This document shows, one piece after another, positions 13,811-28,159 of a DNA stretch of 64,000 nt. The position numbers were made by a program, and so were the translations under genes. Within the stretch, counting starts at the first letter, position 1, and every line of letters begins with the position of its first letter. A model generated the notes under the pieces. The model had not been told where the DNA came from. It saw nothing but the letters and a program-made list of their open reading frames with translations, and did not search any database. This stretch comes from Malacoraja senta (taxonomy: Eukaryota). Location: NCBI GenBank assembly GCA_038087875.1, contig CM075987.1, positions 21,516,001 through 21,580,000 of the forward strand, read 5' to 3'.

Positions 13811-14804
13811 TAAAAATTAAACTAAAATGAGATTCCACAGATCAGAAAAGAATGAATAGCTTGCATCCCAAAACTCGTTAAAAGAGATGGCCAAGAATGA
13901 CCAATTTTACTAACCCAAAGAGCAGAGAACTGGTACTCATTATAACAGATGTTGAGGCAAATAAGATGGATCTATTTAAGGGGAAGCTAGACAAGCAAAT
14001 AAAACAAGGTAAATGACTTGATCTTTTAAAACTATTCTTCTGCTCCTGACATCAGCCAACATAGTGAGTACTTTCAATAACAATTCAAAACAGACTCCAA
14101 CAATGCACTTCAATACAGTTTCACTCAGGATTGTCCTGGCATGCAATTCCATTAATTGTTCCATTTGTCTGTCTGTCTTCCATCAGATCTCCAAGAAGAC
14201 AGGCTTAAATGATTTGCTAGCCTTTCAGCAACTTTGAGTGATTTAACATTTCCCTTGCAGTTCTAATTGATAGTATGCACTGATCACAGTATCCAAACAA
14301 ACATTTTCCAAATTTAGTTTAAATGAACATTATATGCCAGATGTGCTAGATCCAAGCAGACATCTGATATTCTTCCATTTCCTAGATGTTAAGAGCATGT
14401 AGCATAGTAAAAGCATATATAGCGTAGTAAATTCATATTTTTATACATCAAGTGTATCTGTCTCCATCTTTCCATCAAGAAACAATACACGGCACTTGCC
14501 AAAGTAGTTTCACAGTGAACTTCCAGTATCAATGGTCTAAACAATGGTACCAATAGCTGCCTATGCATTCCACATATCATTCCTAACTGAGAGCATTTCC
14601 TACACAGAAATTGTTCCAAGAATCTTGATGGAAGTGAATAATTGGCTTGCTTGATTTGTGAGATCTTATCGTTGTGCTTCTCGACTCACTGACACATTCA
14701 GCAATAAGATCACCCAAACCAGGCCAGCAAGTATTCATCTCAGTCAAGAACATTGATCACCAACAATGAACAGATAGGATGATCTTAGTTATTTGTCACA
14801 ATAC

Positions 14805-14914
14805 CTGCCATATGAACAAGCAATAACAGAGCCGGTAGCATTCCACGACACGCCAGTGACATGCAGCAGTCTCTCACAGGCTTCTGGATAATGCAGGGTA
14901 TATAAACAAGAAAC
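14805..14914 (-). CDS. dync2i2: dync2i2 coding exon 2
   Basis: Not in the ORF track; reads [36 protein letters not shown](R) between tag| and |gtat, phases 0 and 2 fit. Confidence 0.92.
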
Positions 14915-15519
14915 CTACAGCAGGAATTAAACAAAAAATAATTGTTAAACTTCCTCCGAGTCAATAAAAGGAAAGTATATCCTCGTACTCGAGGATCTTA
15001 CTGTATTTAGTCATTAATCAGTCAAATGGTAAGATGTCTATCATTGTCAACAAAGAAAGCAGAACAGAGAAGACCTAGTGAAGGGAAGGGACAATCCAAT
15101 CCATTGTAAACCATTCTTACGGCCAAATTAAATTCGCTAACAGTGGAAAGAGATTACAAATTCCATAGCTCCATGTTAGACGGGCACAGCACTGGAGTTC
15201 CAAGAACTAATGTTCATGAGCAAGGATGCCACAATTTCCAGTAGTCCAAGAACCTGTGCAAGGGCATTGCAAATTTTAGTTGCTGAATACTTTGTTTTTA
15301 ACATCTTATGGAAGTGCCATTTGTAAGAGTAGGGATGGTGGTGTCCCAATCCAGCAGCATGTTCTAAATACCTAGTTGTCCTGGCAATGCCCAGCAATGG
15401 TCACATACAGGAAACGGTCTACATTCTCCTGCAATACTCCTCAAAATAAAACAACTGATGTTATTATCTCATATGCAACTGATGCATATCATCACATCGT
15501 TAGATGCTGAACTTAAAGA

Positions 15520-17770
15520 AAGGGGACTGAAGGTATGAGACAGGAATTGGCTAGGATAGACCGGTAAATTATACTTCAAGGCTTGACAGTGGAGATGCAA
15601 TGGCGAAGATTTAAAGACCGCAAGGATGAATTCCAAAAATTGTTCATCCCTGTCTGGCAAAAAAATAAAAACGGGAAGGCGGCACAACCGTGGCAAACGA
15701 GGGAAATCAAGGATAGTGTTAAATCCAAGGAAAGGGCATATAAATTGGCCAGAGGAAGCAGCAAACCAGAGGACTGGGAGAAATTTAGCTCAACAGAGGA
15801 AGACAAAGGGGTTAATTAAGAGGGTGGGGGGGGGGGGGGGAAGAGCATGAACAAAAGCTTGCGGGGTATATAAACACTAACTGTAAAAGCTTCTTCAGAT
15901 ATGTAAAAAGGAAAAGTAAAAAGTAAAGACAAATGTAGGTCCCTTACAATCAGAGACAGTTGAATTTATAATGGCAAACAAGGAAATGACAGAACAGTTA
16001 AACTTTGGTTCTGCCTTCACTAAGGAAGACACAAACAATCTCACAGAAATACCAGGGGATCGAGGATCTAGTGGGAGGGAGGAACTGAAGGGAATCCACG
16101 TTAGTCAGGAAATGGTGTTAGGTAAACTGTTGGTACTGAAGGCAGATAAATCCCCAGGGCCTGATGGTCTGCATCCCAGAGTACTCAAGCAGGTGGCCCT
16201 AGAAATCGTGGATGCATTGGTGATCATTTTCCAATGTTCACTCGACTCTGGATCAGTTCCTATGGATTGGAGGGTAACCTATGAAACTCCACTTTTTAAG
16301 AAAGGAGGGAGAAAACGGGGAATTATAGACCAGTTAACCTTTCATTGGTAGTGGGGAAGATGCTTGAGTCAATTGTTAAAGATGTTATAGCAGCGCATTT
16401 GGAAAGCAGTGACAGGATCGGTCAAAGTCAGCATGGATTTATGCTTGGCTAAACTTCTGGAATTTTTTGAGGATGTAACAAGTGGAATAGATAAGGGAGA
16501 GCCAGTGGATGTGGTGTATCTGGACTTTCAAAAAGCCTTTGACAAGGTCCCACACAAGAGATTAGTCTGCAAAATTAGAGCACATGGTATTGGGGATAGG
16601 GTATTGACATGGCAAAGAGCAGGAATTAAACGGGTTCTTTTCAGAATGGCAGGCAGTGACTAGTGGGATGTCGCAAGGCTCGGTGCTGGGACCCTAGTTA
16701 TTAACAATATATATTAACGATTCAGACAAGGGAATTAAATATGACATCTCCAAATTTGCAGATGACACAAAGCTGGGTGGCAGTGTGGGCTGCGATGAGG
16801 ATGCTATGAGGCTGCAGGGTGACTTAGATAGGTTGGGTGAGTGGGCAGATGCAGTATAATATGGATAATTGTGGTTATCCACTTGGTGGGCAAGAACAGG
16901 AAGGCAGATTATTATTTGAATGGTCCGATGACATTCCATCTCTGTCCCGCCCACTCCCCTAACATCAGTCTGAAGAAGGGTCTCGACCCGAAACATCACC
17001 CATTCCTTCTCTCCAGAGATGCTGCCTGTCCCGCTAAGATATTCCAGCATTTTGTGTCTACCTTCCATTATCTGAATGGTGTCAGATTAGGAAAAGGGAA
17101 GATGCAACAAGACCTGGGTGTGCTTGTACATCAGTCACTGAAAGTAAGCAGGCAGTGAAGAAAGCTAATGGCAGGTTGGCCTTCATTGCGAGAGGATTTG
17201 AGTTTAGAAGCAAGGAGGTCCTACTGCAGTTGTACAAGGCCCTGGTGAGACCGCACCTGGAGTATTGCTATTGAGGGAGTGCAGCGTAGGCTCACCAAGC
17301 TAATTCCCAAGATGGCAGGACTGACATATGATGAAAGAATGGGTCAACTGGGGTTGTATTCACTGGAATTTAGAAGGATGAGAGGGAATCTTATAGAAAC
17401 ATATAAAATTCTTCTGTGATTGGACAGGCTAGACACAGGAAAAATATCTCCGATGTTGGGGGAGTCCAGAACCAGGGGTCACAGTTTAAGAATAAGGGGT
17501 AGGCCATATAGGACTGAGATGAGGAAAAGCATTTTCACTCAGAGAGCTGTGAATCTGTGGAAATCTCTGCCACAGAAGACAGTGGAGGCCAATTCGTTGG
17601 ATGCTTTCAAGAGAGTTAAATTTAGCTCTTAGGACTAAACGAATCAAGGGATATGGGGAAAAAGCAGGATTTTAGATGATCAGCCATGATCATATTGAAT
17701 AGCGGTACTGACTCGAAGGGCCGAAAGGCCTTCCCCTGCACCTATTTTTCTACGTTCTATGATTTCTATG
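15520..17770 (+). mobile_element. CR1-clade LINE, 5'-truncated and frameshifted
   Basis: ORF2 fragments KSPGPDGLHPRVLK, DVVYLDFQKAFDKVPH, KFADDTKL and CR1 3' UTR. Confidence 0.9.
16925..17066 (+). mobile_element. Short Penelope-derived insertion nested in CR1, 14-bp TSD
   Basis: ctgaagaagggtctcgacccgaaac...gcattttgtgtcta unit flanked by attat(t/c)tgaatggt at 16911-16924 and 17067-17080. Confidence 0.7.
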
Positions 17771-18586
17771 CTTGACTGAAAGTGCTCAGCTGCACTTTAC
17801 ATGTTACTCTGTAAAGTCGTATTTTAATCATGTAACACTGTAAGCAACAGCTAATATACAGCTTATACTTTTTTTTTTAAATTGATGAAATGGCTCTTTA
17901 AATCTTTATTAATTTATGCCAAGAACAAGCTATCACAATTATAAAGTTACACACCTCAGGCAAAAAAAATCCACATACTCCAGCATGTCACTCCAATAGT
18001 TTTAAAGTTTTGGTGCCGCTCATTAAATGCAAAAGGATAGGAATAGGGTATTTGTTCCTGAGCCTACTCTGCTCTACAGTTACATCACAGCTAACTACTT
18101 ACACAGACTAAAGAAATATCACCAATAATGTCCCTCAAAAACTATCCCTATAAAGCAGGCACATAGCCAACATCTGTATTCTCAACATAGGCAGCAATAA
18201 AGAGAATGATTTTCCTGCATCCACCCATTGCATTGTACATTGCATGCAGATCCAACTGTCAACACCCCCAACAAGATCACCACTCCCAGGACAATCATGC
18301 CAGAAATCTTCTGGTAGTCAAAAGAAAATGCAACAAAAACACATGAAAGAAAAAAAAACATCACAAGCTGGAAAGAACCACAGCATCTATTGAGCAAGAA
18401 CCTGCTTCAAAGAAATGCCTCGCCTTTGAAGCTGGAAAGTGAGGTGGAATGGAAAGAGGAAAAAGATTTCCCAAAGTTCAGGTAAACGTGTGCAATTTCT
18501 ACAGGTAGAAATTAATCCTGAACACAGATCTACGTCACCTTGGGATCCAATGAAGCACAAACTCAAATCAAGAGACAATCATGACG

Positions 18587-19310
18587 GACATACATAGAAA
18601 ATAGGTGCAGGAGGAGGCCATTCGGCCCTTCGAGCCAGCACCGCCATTCATTGTGATCATGGCTGATTGTCCCCAATCAATAACCCATGCCTGCCTTCTC
18701 CCCATATCCCTTGATTCCACTAGCCCCTAGAGCTCTATCAAACTCTCTCTTAAATCCATCCAGTGACTTGGCCTCCACTGCCCTCTGTGGCAGGGAATTC
18801 CACAAATTCACAACTCTCTGGGTGAAAAAGTTTTTTCTCACCTCAGTCTTAAATGGCTTCCCCTTTATTATAAGACTGTGGCCCCCGGTTCTGGACTCGC
18901 CCAACATTGGGAACATTTTTCCTGCATCTAGCTTGCCCAGTCCTTTTATAATTTTATATGTTTCTATAAGATCCCCCCTCATCCTTCTAAACTCCAGTGA
19001 ATACAAGCCTAGTCTTTTCAATCTTTCCTCATATGACAGTCCCGCCATCCCAGGGATCAATCTCGTGAACCTACGCTGCACTGCCTCAATCACAAGGATG
19101 TCCTTCCTCAGATTAGGAGACCAAAACTGTACACAATACCCCAGATGTGGTCTCACCAGAGCCCTATACAACTGCAGAAGAATCTCTTTACTCCTATACT
19201 GAAATCCTCTTGTTATGAAGGCCAACATTCCATTAGCTTTCTTCACTGCCTGCTGTACCTGCACGCCAACTTTCAGTGACTGGTGTACAAGTCTCGCCGC
19301 ACCTCCCCTT
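18587..19310 (-). mobile_element. CR1 LINE 3' fragment (fairly young)
   Basis: 195-aa open C-terminal ORF2 (LYRALVRPHLGYCVQFWSP...FFTQRVVNLWNSLP) plus 3' UTR. Confidence 0.9.
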
Positions 19311-19869
19311 TACTTTGCATAACAATCTCAAGAAAATTACTTAAATGAGGTCCTATCCACAAAAGTGATGGTTAACTGACTTCATGGATACTTGACTGAT
19401 TAGGCTGTTACTTATTTTACATCAAAGCAGACCTCAATGGTCTCAAGGAGTGGAACTACATCTTTTAAAACTCATCAGAAATCCCATCAAAAGACCCAAA
19501 CTAATAAACTTATGACAAATCAGCAATTTAAAACCAAAATACTGTAAATGCCGCAAATCTGATCTGAATTTTACAAAACATTTTAAACACTCAGCACACT
19601 CAGCAATTCAGCAAGGGACAGATTAAACATGACAGAAAAAGGAAAAGTCATAAATAAATGCCAAGGATGCAGACAAGTGTGGAGTGGACATGAAAGAACA
19701 AAAGGGAAAGTATCAGATTAAGTGGGTTTAAATTACAAAAGAGACGATGACATAATTCAAAAAGAAGATGGTACTGCATCCTAAAATTTAAATATGGTCG
19801 CAAAATAATTCTCTTGAAAAACACCGGGGCTTGATGAGAATGTCAAGGGCTCCAAGAGCTAATTAGTAC

Positions 19870-20160
19870 CACCTATTTATCCCCTCCACTCATCCCTTTC
19901 CCCCTCCTGCCAATTTTGTCTCTCTAGCGTTACAACCTGCAACTCTTCAAACCCGTCTCGCAACCTCCTTCTTTTCTGATCTTTGGCCTTTGTTCAAACC
20001 AGCTGCCTATCAAAATCCCCCTCCCTTGCCAATGTCAACGTATTACCTGCCATGCAGGTCCAGTCTCTCCCTTTTCCAGCTTTTTCTCATCCCCATATAA
20101 TCAGTCTGACGAAGGGTTTCGACCCGAAACATCACCCGTCCATGTTCTCCAAGAATACTG
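19870..20160 (+). mobile_element. Penelope-like terminal repeat fragment
   Basis: Pyrimidine-rich tract followed by ctgacgaagggtttcgacccgaaacatcacc, shared with 37440-38410. Confidence 0.55.
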
Positions 20161-22309
20161 GGGAATTTCAACTTAAATAGTGAACATTCTTGTAAACCTT
20201 TACTGTACTCGTTCCAGCTTAATGACTACTGCTATTATAACTTGGAAAAATAAATACTTGTACTTTGGGATATGCTTTGTAACTGTGGAATATTTTTTTT
20301 GAAGTGTTTCTATAGCCCTAAAACACAAGATAGACCGAGAGCTTCTGAATGGATGACCCTTGCGTACAAATTTCTTGAAAGCCTTTGGATATGGAAGTCT
20401 GTGAGACATAGCTGCAGCAAGAACCCAGGTGGTAGTGAGATGGGAAAAGAATGCCAGGGTATTTCTCCATGGATGTGAGAGATTGTGGGATGGGACAAGA
20501 AAGAGACCAGAATTTTCCACTTGTCTGATGTAATTCTGACTCCAAAAAAAGTTAATAAAAGTTGCATACCTTAAGGTACTTTTAAGTTGGGGGGTTTTTG
20601 GAACCTGACTGGAATTATTTTTTATTAAATAAGCAACATTTATAAGCAGCATCAGCTTTTTAACATTTTAACCAATTATCTCTTGCGCGAGGATTGGTGT
20701 CATATCAGCATTGAAACTAAAATTTTGTGGGCCTGATAGGGCTGTGAAAATGTTCACATTTTTACTTCTCAATTAATTCAAAACCACACTTTCCTTGACG
20801 TTAAAATTACATTACGTATACAAGGTTCCAGGACCAATTATGGTACAAAAAATGATATCCATAAATGATCTTGTTAAGCAGACAAAATCACTAGTTTTGA
20901 TTCCCTATATTTTAAACAAGGAGATTGTTATTGGACTGCTATCCTGTCAGAAACTAGTCTGGTAAATGCTAGCAAGTTAATTTCTGTGGCTAAAGTTCAG
21001 TATCTGTTTACGTATAATTTACATTGCACATATTTAATCCGACTAGTCCTGAGGTAATTCAGACAATTTTGCCCTCCCCACAAAAGATTTATCCACCTAT
21101 GTTCTAAGATATCAAAGACTTGTGCAGCATTTTATGCCAAATCTATAAAAGCAACCTTGTCATGGTGTTTGGTTTTGCAGTTTGTTTCCATGAACTGTTT
21201 TTACTTTTGGCGCAGTCCCAAAGAAAGCTCAGACCAATTTCAAATTTAATTGAACGCCCTGCCAGATGTCTGTACTTGCCTTTTCATCGCATTACAGTGC
21301 AATTTAGTTAGTGCCCAAGTTAATTTGTGGTTAAATAAAATTAAGTTCTGCATGGTGTCATCATGTCTCCTTTGTTCATCCAAAAAAAGGATCTGTAAGT
21401 TTACATTTCTGCTTCCCAATAATTCTTTGACTAACTTGATTTGAAAGCAAAGACTGGCACATGCATAGCACTTTTCCAAAGCATTTGGTCAATTGAGAAT
21501 CTTTGAGTTATTCTTATAATGGAGCACTGATATGCTGAAAGGTTGTGGTACTGAAAGAGATTATAGTGGAATGTATTGTGTTTGATCCCACAAACTTATT
21601 CTTCTCCCTATTAATGTTGGAAATACAACCTTGGTGTTATAAAAGACAAACCTCTTCCCATTTCTTTATGATGAATTTTATATTTGAACATTTATTCCCC
21701 GATTCAGACTCAACTCAAAATCCTCATCTATGACTTCTAAACTTGACTGTTCCAATACATTTTTCCTTTGTATAAATTTGCAGGTATATGAATTAGGAGC
21801 TGACTACACACTGTAATTTTAAAAATCTTGTTTTGAGTGATTGAAAGATACAGCATGGAAACGGGTCCTTTGACCCACCGTTTTGCCAGCACCTTTGGAA
21901 TTTCTACCCTGCAGGTGGAACAGTGTGTACGCAGGTCTGAAGAAGGGTCTCGACCCAAAACGGCACCCATTCCTTCTCTCCAGAGATGCTGCCTGTCCCA
22001 CTGAGTTCAGCTTTTTGTGTCCATCTTTAGTGCATACGCAGGGTTGTGATGAGAGAGTCTGGCACCTTGTCATGAGTAACAACAATGTCAGACTGTTGCC
22101 CGACCAGTTTGTTGAACAGCACTCCTAATTTTGACACCATTCCCCAGATGTTTAAGGAACTCCACAGGTCAAGCGAGCTGGAAGCAACTTTGTTGTATCT
22201 TAATTTGATACCTAGGCCAATACCAGGTAGTCTATCTGCAAAACTCTCTCTTAATGTAGCAGTAACAGTGCAAAAAAGGTTTGTCCAGTTATTTTAGGGT
22301 CAAACATTC

Positions 22310-22800
22310 TTAATGGAAATAGAAACAAGGGACTGCAATGCTGGAATCATGAGCAAAAAGCTGGAGGAACTCAGCAGGTCAGGCAACATCTGTGGAGGGA
22401 ATGGACAGATAATGTTTTGGGTCGCGATCCTTGTTCAGTTCAGTGTTGGATTAGGGAGGGGAAAGCTGGAAAAGAGAAGTGGGAGCAGGACAAAGGCTGG
22501 CAAGTGGGAAGTGGATATCAGTGAAATGGGGGTGATTGGCAGACGGGTGACAGAGATAGAAATAGAGACAAAGATTGGAGGTGAAAAGAAGATAAAAGGT
22601 GTCAGCTAAGGAAAGAAGAGAAGGTGTGGAATATAATGGCAGAGGGAGAGATGTAGGAGTAAAGGGCTATGAGGAACAGGAAAGAGGGAGGATAAAAAAG
22701 AAAAATGGTGGACTCGGAGATGGGAGAAGCATACGGAGAAAGGGAAGGATCAGGGTGGTAGTGGAGGGGGAAGAGGGGGTAGAGGTGACACTTGAAATTT
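22310..22800 (-). mobile_element. Penelope-like terminal repeat fragment
   Basis: ctggaggaactcagcaggtcaggcaacatctgtgga plus purine-rich tract; reverse complement of the family at 37800-38410. Confidence 0.5.
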
Positions 22801-23941
22801 TTGTTCAAACACTCTTAATGATAATTTGGAGTCACACGGAAGTTACACTAGACAGGGCTGGCAGATTCCCTATCTGAACGACACAAGTGAATCAGATCTG
22901 TTTCTACCATCGATTTGATCATATTTGTGGTCACCGTCACTAAGATGTTATTATTTTTCCAAATTGATTGATATTAATTGAATTTAAACTTCACAGCAGC
23001 ATTGTGTGATTTAAGTCATGTCTCTCAATATTATTTCAGGTCTTTGGATTGCTAGTCCATGAATTTAACTCCCGTATCACTGTACATTTGTTTAACTTCA
23101 TTATTGAAGACCTTTTTTGCAAACTACCTTCAGGCTTTACGACCAATAAAATCTAACTGAAGTTGGATCAGAATCATTATATAGAAAATGCCAATGCCAA
23201 AGATTATGACATAAGATTATGCAATAAATTTGCTTAGATTATCTGCTTTCGTATTGCTAATGGAGCGACAAATATTGACCACGACATCGGTGTTGAGAAG
23301 AGCTAGCTTCTTTTACATTAATCATAGAAAACAATGAAGATGTTTGTTATAATGTTGCAAACATGTATATGCCATTCAACAAATGTATGCAGAAGTGGAA
23401 CAAGTGCAAATAGAGATTTGTCACTTAAAGAAGGTGTGTATGTCTCTGTGATATTCTGAAGCCGTTAAGGCAGTGTAATAAATCATTTATATCCTAGACA
23501 CATTACCTTCAAATTCGCATTAAAACACAGGAACAAATCCTTTCCCACCACGATCAAAATACCACAATCAATCATATTTCCTCATCTATTTTAAAACATA
23601 CAGGAAATAATTAAAGTTTGCAAATATAAATTAACTGGATGAAAGATACGCGTCATGCAGTGTCTGAAGCGTCTCAATCCGAAACGTCACCCATTCCTTT
23701 TCTCCAGTTACTCTAGCATTTTGTGTCTATCTTCGGTGTAAACCAGCGTCTACAGTTCCTTCCTCCACATGCAGTGTTTGTTTATGTACAAGCAAGGACA
23801 GGTTCATGTCAAGAATATCCTAACCAACATATGAACATTTAGTTGTCTACATACATTTTGATATAATTGAATTCACAATTATATTGTACGTAAAACTACA
23901 CAGGTCTTGAAATATCCTGCTCCTAATTCCCACTAACTCAC

Positions 23942-24277
23942 TGTCTGTGGCTGGTCTACCCAGTTAACTTCAAATCCATCAAACGCGTGGCTCTGGATAT
24001 TCTTCCTTAACTCCTTGATCACCATCGGCTCCACTTGCCGCAGGAAGCGGGCTAGGCGTGGGAAATCAACCGATGGTTCGATGCTGCGATCCGCGACAGA
24101 GAGGTCTCGACGGTCGGAAAGCTCTGTCTGCGTACTGATCTCCGCGCTGCGTCGTATCTGCACTGAGGCTTCGGCGCGCCGAACCTCCACTGTTTGACAA
24201 ACTGCGTCACAGAACTCGGGAGTTTTTCTCCAGCGCGACTCCACCGTCACGGCCTCTTGCGCCTCGTCGGTGAACAT
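23942..24277 (-). CDS. dync2i2: dync2i2 coding exon 1
   Basis: ATG in gccATG context; [10 protein letters not shown]...[34 protein letters not shown]|gtgagt; the eight exons total 1503 nt = 500 aa + stop. Confidence 0.93.
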
Positions 24278-24823
24278 GGCCCGTCGAGTTATAAAATCAA
24301 ACGAAATCTAAACCGATTTTAATTTATTTCTCGACAGAAATGTCCCCAAGCCTAGAACTCATCCGCCTCCCCCACACACACAAAAAAAACCCTCATACAC
24401 AGAGCATGAGCTAATATTCGACACGATCCAATCAGTGCGCCCTGTCACCATGACGACCTGGTCCAATTGGTGCCCGCTGCTTCGTGACGTCACCGCCGCC
24501 CTCGCGCCGCCGCCGAGATGGGCCAATGGAAGGCGACGCTGAAGGGTATGTCGGAGCAAGGGCGGCGCGCCGCGCCTGCGTGGTGGCGGCGGCGGCGGCT
24601 CGGAGTGCTGTGGTGTGTGTGTGTCTGCGCGCGCGTGCGTGTGGAGCTGCTGGGCTCGAGCGTTTTTTTTCCACTGTGATAGAGGCGCGAGACCCACTCT
24701 GAGCCTTCGAGAGGGGGAAAGAGAACGATAAAAGGGAAGATTAAACAAAAAAAAAAGCGCATCTAGAGCTTTTCATCTTTTTTCCCCTCTTTTTTTATTT
24801 CCCCCCTCTTTCCTCCTTCCAAG
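24278..24823. promoter_or_regulatory. Bidirectional CpG-island promoter/5' UTRs between dync2i2 and set
   Basis: Head-to-head start codons 546 bp apart; CCAAT at 24428, palindromic CCAATTGG at 24463, full CRE TGACGTCA at 24485-24492, CCAAT at 24522; dense CpG. Confidence 0.82.
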
Positions 24824-24896
24824 ATGTCGGTCCCAGCGACAAAGATGAGTAAAAAAGAGGTGAACTCGAACCATGATGGAGCAGACGAGACCTCAG
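24824..24896 (+). CDS. set: Protein SET (TAF-I beta type), coding exon 1
   Basis: MSVPATKMSKKEVNSNHDGADETS(E)|gtaa, the SET-beta N-terminus. Confidence 0.95.
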
Positions 24897-26623
24897 GTAA
24901 TGTCGAGACGCGTATTTTTTGGGCTAAATGTGTTTATTATGTGTAATGCTGGTGAGTTTTGTTTGGAGGTTTATGCAAGTTGTGTGAAGGCCTGTTTTGA
25001 GTCGGTATTAATGTATGTAATGTGTGTATGTGCGCGGAATGGCGGTCCCACGCTCCCCCTCTCGGTCAGGCTGGAGAGGAGCTGAAAGGCAGCGCGGGAG
25101 GGTAACTCATTCACTCCGGCGCCATGTTTATCAACTCGCGTACAGACGGGAAAAAAAAAGAGAATCTCTCCTCCTCCTCCCTCATTGTGTAAGGCGGCCG
25201 CCATGATACCAGGAAAGAGAAATGGAGCCGCCGCGGCCTGCTCTTCGTCCGGAGGCGAGTTATCCACCACCACCCCTCCCCTCCCTCTCCCCTATATTTC
25301 TCCACACGCAAGACAACCGCCTCCACGCGAAGCCAAGAGCGGGCAAGGGCAATGTGCTGCGAGGGAGGTTCCGACTGCAGCTCCCCGCTAGTCTCTGCAA
25401 CGCTTGGGGCGGATTGGAGACTGCCGACTGGGGGAATCAGAGGCCTAACCACGCGGCCTGATGTTAAAGGGATTATCTGCTCCTTGTTACTGGGACTGAG
25501 GCGATTTGAACCGCGAGCGCCGGAAATGGAAAGCCACAATACTACTTTAGACCATTCCTCTACACATGGGGCATTAGTGGAGATTACATTTATTGAGGCC
25601 CGCGTTGGTTTTGAGACTTTTGTCACTTCCCTTTTAAAGAAAAAAGTATACATGTTCTTAAAAAATAAACTAAGCGTAAATGTCTGAGGGTGGGAAAGTC
25701 AAATACATTTCTAGAATTTTGATGCAGGAGTGAATTGAATACACAAACTAGGACCAAAAATCGCATTATAAGACACGACCCGAAACGTTGCCTATTTCCT
25801 TCGCTCCATAGATGCTGCTTCACCCGCTGAGTTTCTCCAGCATTTTAACCGATTTTAATTGATCAGTTATGTTTCAGCGATTTTTCGCTGCAATTCATTT
25901 ATTTTATAGTATTGGACTGATTGGGGAAGTAGTTGGGGAAGGAACCACGCGGCCGGTAATTTAGCGGGGGTTCATTCAACACAAAGGGAAGCAGCACTGA
26001 AACGTGGGTCGCAGGCGATTTGTTGACGTTTCTTGGTTTAAATCCGATATAATTGCGATCGGATTGGGATGGAGGGAGGAGTCTCGGACTAATGTGTATC
26101 TGACATCTATTTATGAATGTAATGTTCTTTATGTTATTTTTCCGATTCTGGTCAATTTCGAAAAAAGAAACGAATTGCGTACTTACTTGGAGTATCGTCT
26201 AGACGCAGATTTGGCTAAAATTCTTTCCCGGTTTTTAATACTCGAATGTTGTGTATAAAGGCAAATTCGTAGAATATTATGTCGTCCTTTCGAGCTTGCC
26301 CATTGCCTTCGAAGATTTAATATTTTTTAGTACTTGCATAAGTCCGTGTCCAATGATGCTTAATCAAGAGTTTACTCGCTCTGCTTTCAACACAAGTTTG
26401 AGGGTAGCATTCATTAACTTGTATTTGAAAGGGAGATTGTTTTCAATTGGGATTTAATAAAAGCATATTTGATGTAATTTTTTGTTTAGAATTGCCAAGG
26501 AATTCATTTAATTCAGAGCAAGTTTTGACGTTAAAGCCAGCGTTAACATTTTTTTAATATCTGCTAGAATTGTGTTTTTCTGAATTTTAAGAAAATCTTT
26601 AAAAAACACCACTTTCCTTACAG

Positions 26624-26681
26624 AAAAAGAGCAACAGGAAGCCATTGAACACATTGATGAAGTACAAAATGAAATAGACAG
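26624..26681 (+). CDS. set: set coding exon 2
   Basis: EKEQQEAIEHIDEVQNEID(R); AG/GT. Confidence 0.96.
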
Positions 26682-27991
26682 GTAACATTAAGGATACTCT
26701 AATTTTGCATTTTGGCTTCATGGAGTAAAAACAAACGAAGTTGTATTGACAGTTCATTGTTTGAAAATGTTTCCACTACATTTGATTCTGATGTTCCTGT
26801 GATTTGTAGTAAAATAGCTTTCAAAGCTTTCCTTAGTCATTAAAAACTATTGTAAATCACATAAGATGGCTTTTAAAGAATTATTTATATAAAATAACAG
26901 TTGTACTAGAGGATCTGTCTATTAATGTTATTGTGTTTTTATCAGTTTATTTGGGGTGCTTTCTCTGATTTTCAATATTTACTATCTGCTGATGATAACT
27001 TAACTCTTGGGTTCCCTCTGAATCCGTTTCATTACGTTGTGGGCATATTGTTGGTCTCTGTTTCAAAGGCTCTTAAGTCAAAGACTCTTATTAGGTGTTC
27101 CAGAACCGAATGATAATTCCTTTGCTGGATATGTCACATCCATGACAAATGGAAATGTTGAATTGTGACCTGTTACCAGAATTTTAACACGTCTTTTAGT
27201 TCTTTATGAGGACATGTTCAATTGGTTTGTTGTTAAACATTTTTGCTTTGATTTGCTTCTGATGTCCACATTAGTGTTATTTTATCTTGCCTTTTTATGT
27301 TCACTTGGAATTAATTGAATAGTCCAGCAATGACCCAATACAGTAAACTCACTGTCCTTTACTTGCTTGCCCTGCTTGGATTCCTTCTTTCTGTCAAGTT
27401 GATGTGCGCATGACTATGCAACAGTTGTAATTTAAATATTGTCTTGTTTGGCTGTTGTAAAAATTCAACCCCATTACATTCTAGGCAGCTTGATACAAAG
27501 TCTGTTCACCTATTCTATTTAGAAATTAAGTGTAAATCTTAGAATTCTTTGAATTTAAAAATTTCATGTTTGAAATGTGAGATTCTGGCGAAAAAGGGTG
27601 GTTATGAAACAATTACAGTCCATTTAAATAGTCATATAAACTTGTGGATTATGACTAGTTGTCAATCATTTGGGATGGTGAAAAAGTGGGGGGGGGGGGG
27701 AAGTGAAATAATTGCTGATATAAGGGAGAACTTTTAAGTTCAGTGGATAACTTGTTATCTTGGCAGAGGTTCGGGCAACAGTTGATTTTGGCATCTAATG
27801 AAGGATAAGTAGTTCTAAGTTCTCAGTTAATCTAGCTTCACCTGCTTTTTCAATGGTGCTGAGAGTGACCTGTAGTAAGTATGCTGGAAGGGGAACAGAT
27901 TTGTATGGTAAAATGTATGTCTTGAACTTAATGTATATTCCTCCTTATATCTCAAATATCTTACTACTAATGATACTTACGAGTTCTTTAA

Positions 27992-28159
<168 letters not shown>

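Noticed and set aside
25040..25690. ORFs in set intron 1 as a possible alternative first exon
   Set aside because: No similarity to the SET-alpha N-terminus and no convincing phase-1 donor; explained by CpG-island extension.
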